64,000 bases of DNA from Candidatus Gastranaerophilales bacterium (GTDB taxonomy: Bacteria > Cyanobacteriota > Vampirovibrionia > Gastranaerophilales > Gastranaerophilaceae): positions 67,223 to 131,222 of the forward strand of contig CALVBB010000001.1 in the NCBI GenBank assembly GCA_944325705.1, read 5' to 3'. Both the position numbers and the translations under genes were made by a program. The notes below the pieces were generated by a model. The model was not told where the DNA came from. It was given only the letters and a program-made list of their open reading frames with translations, and did not search any database. Positions 17,051 to 25,615 of this stretch are shown piece after piece. Within the stretch, counting starts at the first letter, position 1. Every line of letters begins with the position of its first letter.

Positions 17051-17128
17051 CGGTATAGCAATTCATTGTAGCTGATTTTTTTATTAACTGTGTAAGGGAT
17101 ATTAAAAGAAAGGAAAGGAAAAATTATT

Positions 17129-17809
17129 ATGGGGAACACAGTTGAAAGAGTAAATGCAGCACACACAGCAGCAGTATCATCAAAAGAAAATGAAGCACCG
17201 AAGGCTAAGAAAACAAAACTCGAAATAGGTGCAGCATTAATTCATCAGGACGGTTTTAAACCGGGTATTACAATTGGTCTTGATCAGACTTTGTTAGAAA
17301 AGAACGGTTCAAAATTGACAATCGGCGCAGAAGCCGGCGCCTATCTTAAAATGGGCAGAGTTGGAGCAGATTTGACTTATACAAAAGAACTTAATCCTAA
17401 CCTGAAACTCGGCGGAGCTCTTGAAGGAAGCTATGATTTCAGAGAAACAAAGAAAGAAAATGTATATCTAAAAGGCAATCTGCCGGATGGTTATATTATG
17501 CACAAACAGAATAAAAGTAAGGGTTATGCTTTAGGTAAAGCGTTTGTTGAATACTCACCATCTTCAAAATGGAATTTGAAGGCAGGCGTTAATGCAGGTG
17601 AAGTATTCAATGATAAGAATTACAGCTCAGAGATGACTATTATGGATAGACACTCAACAGAAACTACGCAGTCTGTACTGAAAAAAAATAAATTTAAAGC
17701 GGGTGCTTTTGCAGAAGCTTCTTATAACATCAACGATAATTTAAAAATCGGTGCATACGGAGATTCTCTTAAAAAAGAAGGCGGCATAAGTTTTAAATAT
17801 ACATTTTAA
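17129..17809 (+). CDS. Hypothetical beta-barrel-like (outer-membrane-like) protein
   Basis: 226 aa. Has alternating hydrophobic beta-strand patterns and a C-terminal ...ISFKYTF aromatic terminus, but no obvious signal peptide. Confidence 0.5.
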   Translation: MGNTVERVNAAHTAAVSSKENEAPKAKKTKLEIGAALIHQDGFKPGITIGLDQTLLEKNGSKLTIGAEAGAYLKMGRVGADLTYTKELNPNLKLGGALEGSYDFRETKKENVYLKGNLPDGYIMHKQNKSKGYALGKAFVEYSPSSKWNLKAGVNAGEVFNDKNYSSEMTIMDRHSTETTQSVLKKNKFKAGAFAEASYNINDNLKIGAYGDSLKKEGGISFKYTF

Positions 17810-17839
17810 TAATTAGAAATGACTTGGTTGAAATAATGA

Positions 17840-17874
17840 AAAACGGACTCTGAATTTTAAAGAGTCCGTTTTTG
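17840..17874 (+). terminator. Rho-independent terminator
   Basis: acggactct/agagtccgt stem followed by TTTTT. Confidence 0.8.
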
Positions 17875-17937
17875 TTATTATTTGCAAAAAATGATTATAT
17901 CTGGTAATATTATTTATTATAATAGAGGGTTAGGGTA

Positions 17938-19491
17938 ATGAAGAATACGATGAAAAATTTTGTTGTTATGCTGTCGCTTGCGGTGTGTTTATCTTCTGCG
18001 GCATTTGCAGCACCGGTGCATATAAATGATTTGCGCAGCAAGTTCCTTAATAATTCCGCGATAATTTATGCGATAAATATCAGAACGTTTAACGCGCAGG
18101 ATACAAACGGAAACGGTATTATAGACTTTAACGAAGGGGAAGAAAGCGGAAACTTTCTTAATGCAATAGCAAACCTTGATGAACTTAAGCTAAAAGGAGT
18201 TAATGCAATTCATATTCTTCCGATTACTCCTGTCGGGAAGGTTAAGGCGCTCGGAACGGCCGGTTCTCTATATGCTGCGGCAGGTTTTAATTCGCTTAAT
18301 CCGCAGTTAAAAAGTGAAAATACCATGCTTTCTATTGAGGAGCAGGCAAGAAAATTTATTCAGGAAGCCCACGACAGAGGTATTTCCGTAATCGTTGATG
18401 TACCGGCATGCGGCTCTTATGACTTGTTTCTTCAAAGACCTGAACTTTTTGTAAAAGATAAATCCGGAAAAGCTGTTATCCCTGCTGACTGGACTGATGT
18501 GCGGCTGCTTAATGCAGGCGATGAAAATCAGGTTAATAAAGATGTTCTGAAATTATATAAAGAATTTGTGGATTATATGCTTGACCTTGGTGTTGATGGA
18601 ATTAGAGCTGATGTAGCACATTCTAAGCCCGCAAAATTCTGGAAAGAATTAATTGATTATTCAAGGAAGAGAGATCCGCAGCTTCTCTGGCTTGCGGAAT
18701 CTTCGAACTCATGGAAAGATGCCGTGTCTGAATATGCCGTCTACACTCCCTATGACAAACTTCTGGAAGCGGGTTTTGACGGATACTACGGAAGCTACTT
18801 CAACATGAAAGACTGGAAAACTTCTAAAGAATTTATGAACCAGATAAAACTTGACCGGTCTTTAACAAAAAAATTAGGTACGCCTAAGAGTGTTATCGGA
18901 AGTTTTACAACTCATGATGAACTGAGTCCACTTCTGATTAACGGCAGGAACTACAGCGAGATGATTTTGTGGCTCAATTCAACTTTGCCTCTGAATGCTT
19001 ATTACGTAGACGGTTTTGATACTGGTGATAATTATATCTACTTCTGGGCTAATAAAAAAGCTCCGAAAACCTTTACGGATGATGAATACTACTTTGCCCA
19101 CCGCGGGAAAATTGATATTTTCAACTTTTCAAGACGTCCGGGAGGGTCAGATAAAGATTTAGCAGAGGATTTTAAAATCGCAAATACGTTTAAAAAAACA
19201 TACACTGCACCTTTGAATGCAAAGGGCAATTTTATTCCGCTAAAAACAAATAATCCTTCGGTGTTTGCTTTTGCAGTGAGCGATACAAAAGAATCCTTTA
19301 TTGTAATCGGAAATATGAATTTTAACTCGGATAATGAAGCTGATGTTCGTATTCCTAAATTCAAAGGTAATGAGGATGTAATTATTATCAAAACAACTAC
19401 TATTCCGACAGCCGGAAAAGGGAAAATGACTGTACGGCTTGAACCGGGCGAAATTCAGGTTCTTGTTCTCAGCAGTTTTCCTATAAAATAA
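17938..19491 (+). CDS. Secreted GH13 alpha-amylase-family glycoside hydrolase
   Basis: 517 aa with a signal peptide. Has GVDGIRADVAH, LWLAES and FTTHDE conserved regions. Confidence 0.8.
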   Translation: MKNTMKNFVVMLSLAVCLSSAAFAAPVHINDLRSKFLNNSAIIYAINIRTFNAQDTNGNGIIDFNEGEESGNFLNAIANLDELKLKGVNAIHILPITPVGKVKALGTAGSLYAAAGFNSLNPQLKSENTMLSIEEQARKFIQEAHDRGISVIVDVPACGSYDLFLQRPELFVKDKSGKAVIPADWTDVRLLNAGDENQVNKDVLKLYKEFVDYMLDLGVDGIRADVAHSKPAKFWKELIDYSRKRDPQLLWLAESSNSWKDAVSEYAVYTPYDKLLEAGFDGYYGSYFNMKDWKTSKEFMNQIKLDRSLTKKLGTPKSVIGSFTTHDELSPLLINGRNYSEMILWLNSTLPLNAYYVDGFDTGDNYIYFWANKKAPKTFTDDEYYFAHRGKIDIFNFSRRPGGSDKDLAEDFKIANTFKKTYTAPLNAKGNFIPLKTNNPSVFAFAVSDTKESFIVIGNMNFNSDNEADVRIPKFKGNEDVIIIKTTTIPTAGKGKMTVRLEPGEIQVLVLSSFPIK

Positions 19492-19549
19492 TCCGCAAAA
19501 AATTATTTTCAGGAGTTTTACAAATCGAAGAGAATATAAATGAGGCGTC

Positions 19550-20614
19550 ATGACAAACACATTGCTTAACACAATCGGAGCGGGAAGCAGAAATTTTTCA
19601 AATATGAATTACATGCTTCCCCCGCAGAAAGATTTTTTTATAGCGAAGAAACAGTCAATTCTGCCGCAGCCGGCGGCATCCCTGCCAGCCGTTGAAAATC
19701 CGGCTCCCGCAGCAAAAAAAGAGAAGTTTATAAAAGACGATAAAACAAAAATGCTTCTGGCAGGACTGGGCGGTCTTGCCGTAATAGGCTCCGGTGCTGT
19801 TCTGGTTTACAACAGGCTTAAGAAAGGAAAAACCTCCGGCACTCAAAGTTCTCCTCTTGATGCGGCCAAAAACAAAGCAAGAGATGAGTTTAAAAAATTA
19901 AAAGAATCTATGCTTGATGAATTTAACGAAAATCTTCCTGATGAGTTGAAGGTAAGAACGGGCGTAACCTTTAAATCGTCAAAAGAGCTTGAAGATTTTA
20001 AAGAGGCACTCAAAACTGGAGATGATTTCAGTGTAGAAAAATATGAAACAATGCGCGCTGAAACTTCAGCAAATGTTAAATCACAGCTTCAAAAGCTTGA
20101 GGGCGACAGTGAGTGGCAGGAGCTTAGAAAAATGCGTAAAGCTCTTATAAAATCCGCAGATACTCAGGATGATGCAGGAAAAATTGCGCGAGAAAAGATT
20201 TCTATAATTAATGACCTGATGTCATATAAGGTTGACCCTTCTCGCGAACAGGTTTTCAAAAACCGCAATATGATGGACGTGAGTGACGGTTTTGCACTTG
20301 TAAGACGTGATTTTAAATCGGCTGACGAGTTTTATGCCGAAAAAGAAAAAGTCACAAAGTACGATTTCGATTTTGATATTGGTGAAGGCTTCTTTGCCGG
20401 ACACAAGCCACTTACAATAAATGATTTGTTTGAAGATGAGCAGGATACCTACAACTTTGCAAAGGATAACCTCAAAAAAATAGAAACTATATGTAAGGAA
20501 GTTATTCCAAAAGCCAAAGAAACTCTTCATCAAAAATTAAGCGAACTTGCACAGGGTTTCAGAACTTCTGAATTTATTGAAAACCTGCACAGTTTTACCC
20601 GTAAATCTGCATAA
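19550..20614 (+). CDS. Hypothetical single-pass membrane protein
   Basis: 354 aa. One TM (MLLAGLGGLAVIGSGAVLVY) and a charged helical C-terminal region. Confidence 0.55.
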   Translation: MTNTLLNTIGAGSRNFSNMNYMLPPQKDFFIAKKQSILPQPAASLPAVENPAPAAKKEKFIKDDKTKMLLAGLGGLAVIGSGAVLVYNRLKKGKTSGTQSSPLDAAKNKARDEFKKLKESMLDEFNENLPDELKVRTGVTFKSSKELEDFKEALKTGDDFSVEKYETMRAETSANVKSQLQKLEGDSEWQELRKMRKALIKSADTQDDAGKIAREKISIINDLMSYKVDPSREQVFKNRNMMDVSDGFALVRRDFKSADEFYAEKEKVTKYDFDFDIGEGFFAGHKPLTINDLFEDEQDTYNFAKDNLKKIETICKEVIPKAKETLHQKLSELAQGFRTSEFIENLHSFTRKSA

Positions 20615-20632
20615 TCCATGAAGTTCTAATTC

Positions 20633-20660
20633 TTGACAACCCCCTTTGAGCACGTACAAT
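20633..20660 (+). promoter_or_regulatory. Strong candidate sigma70 promoter of the NifU-like/GGGtGRT operon
   Basis: TTGACA-N16-TACAAT, with a GAAGGGAG RBS before the ATG at 20693. Confidence 0.65.
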
Positions 20661-20692
20661 TTACTTGTATATAACCGAAGGGAGTATAGAAA

Positions 20693-21397
20693 ATGTTGGA
20701 TCGTATACAAATTACTAAAGAAGTAGAAGAAATGTGCTGCGTAAAACGCGGCGTTAAAGGTGAACCTGCTCCTATCCCTCAGGAAGGAGAATGGACAAAG
20801 TCTAAAGAAATTAAAGATATTTCAGGTTTAACACACGGCTGTGGCTGCTGTGCACCTCAACAGGGCACCTGCAAATTAACTCTTAACGTTAAAAACGGTA
20901 TTATCCAGGAAGCGTTAGTTGAAACTCTCGGCTGCTCCGGTATGACTCACTCGGCTGCTATGGCTGCTGAAATTCTTCCGGGCAAAACAATTCTTGAAGC
21001 TTTAAATACTGACCTTGTCTGCGACGCAATTAACGTTGCAATGAGAGAATTGTTCTTACAAATCGTTTACGGACGTACCCAAACAGCTTTCTCAGAAGGC
21101 GGACTTCCGGTAGGCGCCGGTCTTGAAGATTTAGGCAAAGGCCTTCGTTCTCAGGTTGGCACAATTTTCTCAACTAAGCAGAAAGGCCCTAGATACCTTG
21201 AAGTTGCTGAAGGTTACGTGCTCGAACTCGGACTTGACAAAAACGATGAAATCATTGGTTACAAGTTCGTTCACTTAGGTAAATTTATGGAAGCCGTTAA
21301 AAAAGGCATGGATCCTAAAGAAGCTCTGGAAAAATTCACTGGTACTTACGGTAGATTTGCTGAAGCTGTGAAGAAAATCGACCCGAGAGTGGAATAA
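20693..21397 (+). CDS. NifU/IscU-like Fe-S scaffold-domain protein with a C-terminal extension
   Basis: 234 aa. CGCCAP...LGCSGMTHSAAMAAEILPGKT resembles the NifU N-terminal domain. Confidence 0.65.
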   Translation: MLDRIQITKEVEEMCCVKRGVKGEPAPIPQEGEWTKSKEIKDISGLTHGCGCCAPQQGTCKLTLNVKNGIIQEALVETLGCSGMTHSAAMAAEILPGKTILEALNTDLVCDAINVAMRELFLQIVYGRTQTAFSEGGLPVGAGLEDLGKGLRSQVGTIFSTKQKGPRYLEVAEGYVLELGLDKNDEIIGYKFVHLGKFMEAVKKGMDPKEALEKFTGTYGRFAEAVKKIDPRVE

Positions 21398-21400
21398 GCG

Positions 21401-21527
21401 TTAGCCGGTGTGAGCGCGGTGCCGGCTTGCTGTAGAGCAAGACGGGCAGACGCGAACATAACGATACCGCCGTTGCGACAGGAGCGTAAGCGGATGGAGC
21501 GAAGCAATCTTTGATTGCACAGGCGGT
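21401..21527 (+). promoter_or_regulatory. GC-rich structured spacer between two co-oriented operon genes
   Basis: Four stems: agccgg/ccggct, ttgct/agcaa, gcaatc/gattgc, and an enclosing accgcc/ggcggt. The GC content is clearly above the surrounding sequence. Confidence 0.4.
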
Positions 21528-21566
21528 TAATATTTAAAAGTATTTAAAATTTAAGAGGAAAATAAA

Positions 21567-22571
21567 ATGACAGTAAAATTTGAAGGACAGGACAGACGTC
21601 AGGCTAAATTAAACAAAGTTTTGCCTGAGTACGGTTTCAAATCTTTAGAAGACGCTAAGGCATTATGCGATTCTAAAGGCGTTAACGTTGATGAAATCGT
21701 TAAAGGAATTCAGCCTATTGCATTTGAAAATGCTGTTTGGGCTTATACTCTAGGCGCTGCAATTGCAATCAAAAAAGGCGCAAAAGATGCCGCTGAAGCT
21801 GCAAGCTTAATCGGTGAAGGCTTACAGGCTTTCTGCGTACCGGGATCAGTCGGCGACACAAGAAAAGTTGGCTTAGGCCACGGTAATCTTGCCGCAATGC
21901 TTTTGAGAGAAGAAACAAAATGCTTCTGTTTCTTAGCCGGCCACGAATCTTTTGCAGCAGCAGAAGGTGCTATCGGTATTGCAAGAAACGCTAATAAAGT
22001 AAGAAAAGAACCTTTAAGAGTAATCTTGAACGGTCTTGGTAAAGACGCAGCTTATATCATCTCAAGAATTAACGGCTTTACCTCTGTTGAAACACAGTAC
22101 AACTACAAAACAGGCGAATTAAAAATTGTTAAAGAACAGCCGTTCTCAGATGGTGAAAGAGCAAAAGTTAAATGTTACGGTGCTGATGATGTATCAGAAG
22201 GTGTTGCAATTATGATTCACGAGGGTGTTGATGTTTCTATTACAGGTAACTCGACTAACCCTACTCGTTTCCAGCATCCTGTAGCAGGTACATATAAAAA
22301 ATGGTGCTGGGAAAACGGAAGAAAATACTTCTCAGTAGCATCAGGTGGCGGTACAGGCAGAACCCTTCACCCTGATAATGTTGCCGCAGGCCCTGCATCT
22401 TACGGTATGACTGATACAATGGGCAGAATGCACGGTGATGCACAGTTTGCTGGTTCATCATCAGTTCCTGCACACGTAGAAATGATGGGTATCATTGGTA
22501 TGGGTAACAACCCTATGGTTGGTGCAACTGTTGCAGTAGCTGTTGCTGTTGCAGGCGCTTTGAACAAATAG
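21567..22571 (+). CDS. GGGtGRT-family protein (function unknown)
   Basis: 334 aa. Contains the eponymous SGGGTGRT motif and has a strong AAGAGGAAA RBS. Confidence 0.8.
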   Translation: MTVKFEGQDRRQAKLNKVLPEYGFKSLEDAKALCDSKGVNVDEIVKGIQPIAFENAVWAYTLGAAIAIKKGAKDAAEAASLIGEGLQAFCVPGSVGDTRKVGLGHGNLAAMLLREETKCFCFLAGHESFAAAEGAIGIARNANKVRKEPLRVILNGLGKDAAYIISRINGFTSVETQYNYKTGELKIVKEQPFSDGERAKVKCYGADDVSEGVAIMIHEGVDVSITGNSTNPTRFQHPVAGTYKKWCWENGRKYFSVASGGGTGRTLHPDNVAAGPASYGMTDTMGRMHGDAQFAGSSSVPAHVEMMGIIGMGNNPMVGATVAVAVAVAGALNK

Positions 22572-22584
22572 TTTTTATAAAACT

Positions 22585-22618
22585 AAAAAAAGCCTTCTTA
22601 TTCCAGAAGGCTTTTTTT
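22585..22618 (+). terminator. Rho-independent terminator
   Basis: agccttct/agaaggct stem followed by TTTTTTT. Confidence 0.85.
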
Positions 22619-22628
22619 ATTTGTTCTC

Positions 22629-22668
22629 AAACACGCCCTCGTATTGCTTCCGCTATCGCCTCAAAAAG
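22629..22668 (+). repeat. Dispersed GC-rich unit, copy A
   Basis: aaacacgccctcgtattgcttccgctatcgcctcaaaaag aligns with copy B (22746-22785) and the shorter copy at 26-54. Confidence 0.6.
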
Positions 22669-22682
22669 TTTTTTATTACATG

Positions 22683-22711
22683 TTGAAAAGAAGCGGAAGA
22701 TTTGATATAAT
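22683..22711 (+). promoter_or_regulatory. Candidate promoter of the prepilin locus, with an extended -10
   Basis: TTGAAA-N17-TATAAT preceded by TGa. Confidence 0.6.
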
Positions 22712-22722
22712 TAAAGTAGAGA

Positions 22723-22800
22723 GGACAATCTATAAATGATTTCTTGAACACGCTCCCGCACTGCTCTCGCTATCGTCTCGAAAACATATATAGATTGTCC
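22723..22800 (+). other. 12-bp perfect inverted repeat (ggacaatctata / tatagattgtcc) enclosing GC-rich unit copy B (22746-22785)
   Basis: Read directly. It lies in the predicted 5-prime UTR downstream of the promoter at 22683-22711. Confidence 0.7.
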
Positions 22801-22872
22801 AGAGAAAAGTAATAAAAAGAATAAAACAAAGGAGATTAAACAATGGAAAAGTCAAGTATAGCAAGGATTTTC

Positions 22873-22883
22873 GGGGGGGGGGG
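22873..22883 (+). repeat. Homopolymeric G11 tract between a strong RBS-ATG (22843) and the prepilin reading frame
   Basis: Counted directly: 8 G at 22873-22880 plus 3 G at 22881-22883. Confidence 0.95.
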
Positions 22884-22948
22884 CAAGTAGTTTAAGCTCC
22901 TTAACCGGCACAGAGCAAGGGATACAGGCAGCCGAAGAGAGTAAAACC

Positions 22949-23827
22949 TTGAGCTGGCGTGCATTTTTGCAGAAACTGATGGGAATAAAATCCCCCCTGC
23001 CCCACTTTATCAAAGGGGGTAATGCCAAAGACCTCCCTTGTAATGGAGGTGGTACAATTGTGCCGGAGGGTTTTGTTGAACCCTTCACTCCTCACCATTC
23101 ACGCTTCACTTCTAAAAAGGTCGCTTTTACATTGGCAGAGGTGCTGATTACCCTTGGAATTATCGGAATTGTTGCCGCGATGACTATGCCGGCGCTTATT
23201 CAAAAAAACAACAACAAAGTTGTGGAAACGCGGTTAAAGAAGTTTTATTCAGCAATAAATCAGGCAGTACTGATGGCGGAAAAGGATTACGGAGATAAAA
23301 AAGTCTGGTACGAAGATTTAGCAGGAGCGGATGTCGATGAAGAAGGAAATATTATAGAGGGCTCATCTGAGGCTGAAGTATGGTTTAGAAAGTATCTTGC
23401 ACCGTATATGAAGATTACTAAGATGGAAACACTGTCTGACGGCTCTTTTGTAGCTTATTTTGCTGACGGGGGAGCTTTGAGAATGCGACTTACTGATTCT
23501 ACAAGAGATTGGGATTATTTCCCGGGGAATGTAAACAAATGTTTAAGTAAAAACAGCAGAAGCAGTTATATAAGAGAATCAACCGGCAAATGCGCATTTA
23601 CATTTATTTTTAACCCTGCAGTTAATTCTGAAGGGTGGAAATATCATTACAATAAGGGTTTTGAACCATATAAAGTAACATGGGATGGAAATATAGAAAC
23701 ACTAAAAACAAAAAGTAACTATGGATGTAATTCAAATCCAAGCAGTTATAGGCAATATTGTACAGCATTAATTCAGATGAACGGCTGGAAGATTCCAGAT
23801 GATTATCCATTTAAGGTAAGTTATTAG
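22949..23827 (+). CDS. Prepilin-type N-terminal cleavage/methylation domain protein (type IV pilin / pseudopilin-like); start uncertain
   Basis: KKVA-FTLAEVLITLGIIGIVAAMTMPAL class III signal, with the F codon at 23126. Candidate starts are TTG 22949 (the track start), ATG 22979, GTG 23060 (GGAGG 9 nt upstream), or ATG 22843 if the G tract were G10. Confidence 0.8.
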   Translation: MSWRAFLQKLMGIKSPLPHFIKGGNAKDLPCNGGGTIVPEGFVEPFTPHHSRFTSKKVAFTLAEVLITLGIIGIVAAMTMPALIQKNNNKVVETRLKKFYSAINQAVLMAEKDYGDKKVWYEDLAGADVDEEGNIIEGSSEAEVWFRKYLAPYMKITKMETLSDGSFVAYFADGGALRMRLTDSTRDWDYFPGNVNKCLSKNSRSSYIRESTGKCAFTFIFNPAVNSEGWKYHYNKGFEPYKVTWDGNIETLKTKSNYGCNSNPSSYRQYCTALIQMNGWKIPDDYPFKVSY

Positions 23828-23853
23828 CAGATGAAAAACATCAATTAATTAGT

Positions 23854-23890
23854 AAAGAGGGCGCTTAATAAAGGCGCCCTCTTTAAAAAA
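23854..23890. terminator. Bidirectional rho-independent terminator
   Basis: aaagagggcgc/gcgccctcttt stem flanked by A and T runs, between convergent genes. Confidence 0.8.
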
Positions 23891-23891
23891 T

Positions 23892-24941
23892 TTATTTCAC
23901 ATTTGCGGACAGGCAGGTCTTTTCGTAGTGGAGCCTGTTGTTAAACGCGTTTATCCTTGACATAATATCTTTGAACATAGGAATTGTAAGGCTCTGCTTT
24001 CCGTCCGATAAAGCGTTCTCAGGATCGTGGTGAACCTCTATCATAACACCGTCGGCGCCGACAACAAGCCCTGCTTTTGCCATAGGCTCAATTAAATACC
24101 TCTGTCCTGTACCATGGCTCGGATCTACTATTATCGGCAGGTGTGAATATTTCTTTATCACAGGGATTGATGCTATGTCCATAACATTTCTTGTAAATGC
24201 ACTGTCAAAACTTCTTATCCCGCGTTCGCAGAGTATTACTTTAGAATTCCCCTGATACATAATGTGTTCGGCCGCAAGAAGAAATTCTCTGATTGTGCTT
24301 GCAAGTCCGCGCTTAAGGATTACCGGCTTGCTGCATCTTCCGACTGCCTGTAAAAGTTTGAAGTTCTGGACATTCCTTGCTCCAATCTGCAGAACATCAA
24401 CGTAATCAAGCATCATTGGAAGATCAGAAGCGTCCATAATTTCAGATACTGTCAAAAGTCCGGTTTCTTCACTTGCACGCTTCAGGTAACGCAGAGCCTT
24501 TTCACCGTATCCCTGAAAGTCGTAAGGAGAAGTTCTCGGCTTAAACGCACCGCCGCGGAGAAATTCGCAGCCCATTTCTTTTGCTGCAACTGCAACTTTT
24601 AATAGTCCTTCGTAATTGTTTTCTACCGAACACGGCCCAACCATCGCGACCGGCTTATTATTTCCGCCTATTTTTACCCCGTTAGGAAATTCTATTACGG
24701 TGTCCTCCGGCTTTCTGTCTCGTGAAGCAAGTCTGAACGGTTCTCTAATAACTTTAACCTCTTTTACTCCGTCAAGTGCTGCCACTCTGCCAGGCGTAAC
24801 TGTGGTTTTATCTCCTATAGCATCAATAACTGTATGAATATTGCCGACATTGCATCTTACTTCAAACCCGTTGTCCTTGAGCAAATCTATAACACGCTGG
24901 ATTTGAACCTTGGTAGCATTACGCTCCATTATGATAATCAT
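23892..24941 (-). CDS. 3-deoxy-7-phosphoheptulonate (DAHP) synthase, type I-beta, with an N-terminal regulatory domain
   Basis: 349 aa. KDO8PS-like core (GPCSVE, RGGAFKPRTSPY, DPSH) preceded by a roughly 70-aa ferredoxin-like domain. Confidence 0.88.
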   Translation of the reverse strand: MIIIMERNATKVQIQRVIDLLKDNGFEVRCNVGNIHTVIDAIGDKTTVTPGRVAALDGVKEVKVIREPFRLASRDRKPEDTVIEFPNGVKIGGNNKPVAMVGPCSVENNYEGLLKVAVAAKEMGCEFLRGGAFKPRTSPYDFQGYGEKALRYLKRASEETGLLTVSEIMDASDLPMMLDYVDVLQIGARNVQNFKLLQAVGRCSKPVILKRGLASTIREFLLAAEHIMYQGNSKVILCERGIRSFDSAFTRNVMDIASIPVIKKYSHLPIIVDPSHGTGQRYLIEPMAKAGLVVGADGVMIEVHHDPENALSDGKQSLTIPMFKDIMSRINAFNNRLHYEKTCLSANVK

Positions 24942-25008
24942 CCTTTTCTATCTCCTTAATCTGTTAATTACGTAGTAAATGTATTAATTAGTGTAATATA
25001 AACAATTC

Positions 25009-25611
25009 TTATTGGCAATTTAATTTAAGCTTTCTTTGAAGATTTATTGCGGGAAAATATTCCGGCAGCACGCCGAGGCATTTGTTTATGTAAGTTCCGG
25101 CATTTTTAATATCGTTTTTATTAAAATAATATTCTGCAAAAAGATAATGAAGCTCCGGATCGTTGTAAAAATAGTTTTCCGCCTGCTGCAGAAAATATAA
25201 ACCTTCTTTTTCATAGCCGGATTTCAAAAGAACCCGTCCGATGTATTTGTGAACTTCCGGATTAATTGTGCAGAGCCAGTCAACGTACCTTATAATATTC
25301 TCAAAGTAATCGCCTTTGTAATATTTTAACAAAAGATTTAAGTCAATCTCAAGAAAGTTTCTCAGCTGCAAATATGTCGGGTATGTATTGACTTTTCCTG
25401 CGGCAAGGTCGCAAAGAAATAAGCCCCATTGAGCGCGCACATCTTTTTCCGCGCTTCTTGCAAAAAGTTCTTTAGCATTTTTCAAATCATCTTCCATCAA
25501 ACAGCAGTATGCAGCTTCAAGATTATAACCGTTATCCTCAAAAAATTGCCGGCATCCGTCAATGTCAGATGCCAACAATTTATTTTTTGCAAGTTTATAA
25601 TTTAGGTCCAT
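25009..25611 (-). CDS. TPR-like repeat protein
   Basis: 200 aa with helical-repeat patterns (AEYYFNKNDIKNA). Confidence 0.5.
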   Translation of the reverse strand: MDLNYKLAKNKLLASDIDGCRQFFEDNGYNLEAAYCCLMEDDLKNAKELFARSAEKDVRAQWGLFLCDLAAGKVNTYPTYLQLRNFLEIDLNLLLKYYKGDYFENIIRYVDWLCTINPEVHKYIGRVLLKSGYEKEGLYFLQQAENYFYNDPELHYLFAEYYFNKNDIKNAGTYINKCLGVLPEYFPAINLQRKLKLNCQ

Positions 25612-25615
25612 AAGA

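Noticed and set aside
16878-17066. A 62-aa minus-strand ORF (…SYPILSYPILS…)
   Set aside because: It is simply the translation of the pentanucleotide repeat. It has no RBS and no coding signal.
22852-23098. Minus-strand ORFs (78 and 65 aa) antisense to the prepilin leader, including the peptide PPLIKWGRGDF
   Set aside because: They arise from C/G-run hairpin sequences (tcccccc...aggggg and acctcc...ggaggt). They have no RBS and overlap the better-supported plus-strand frame.
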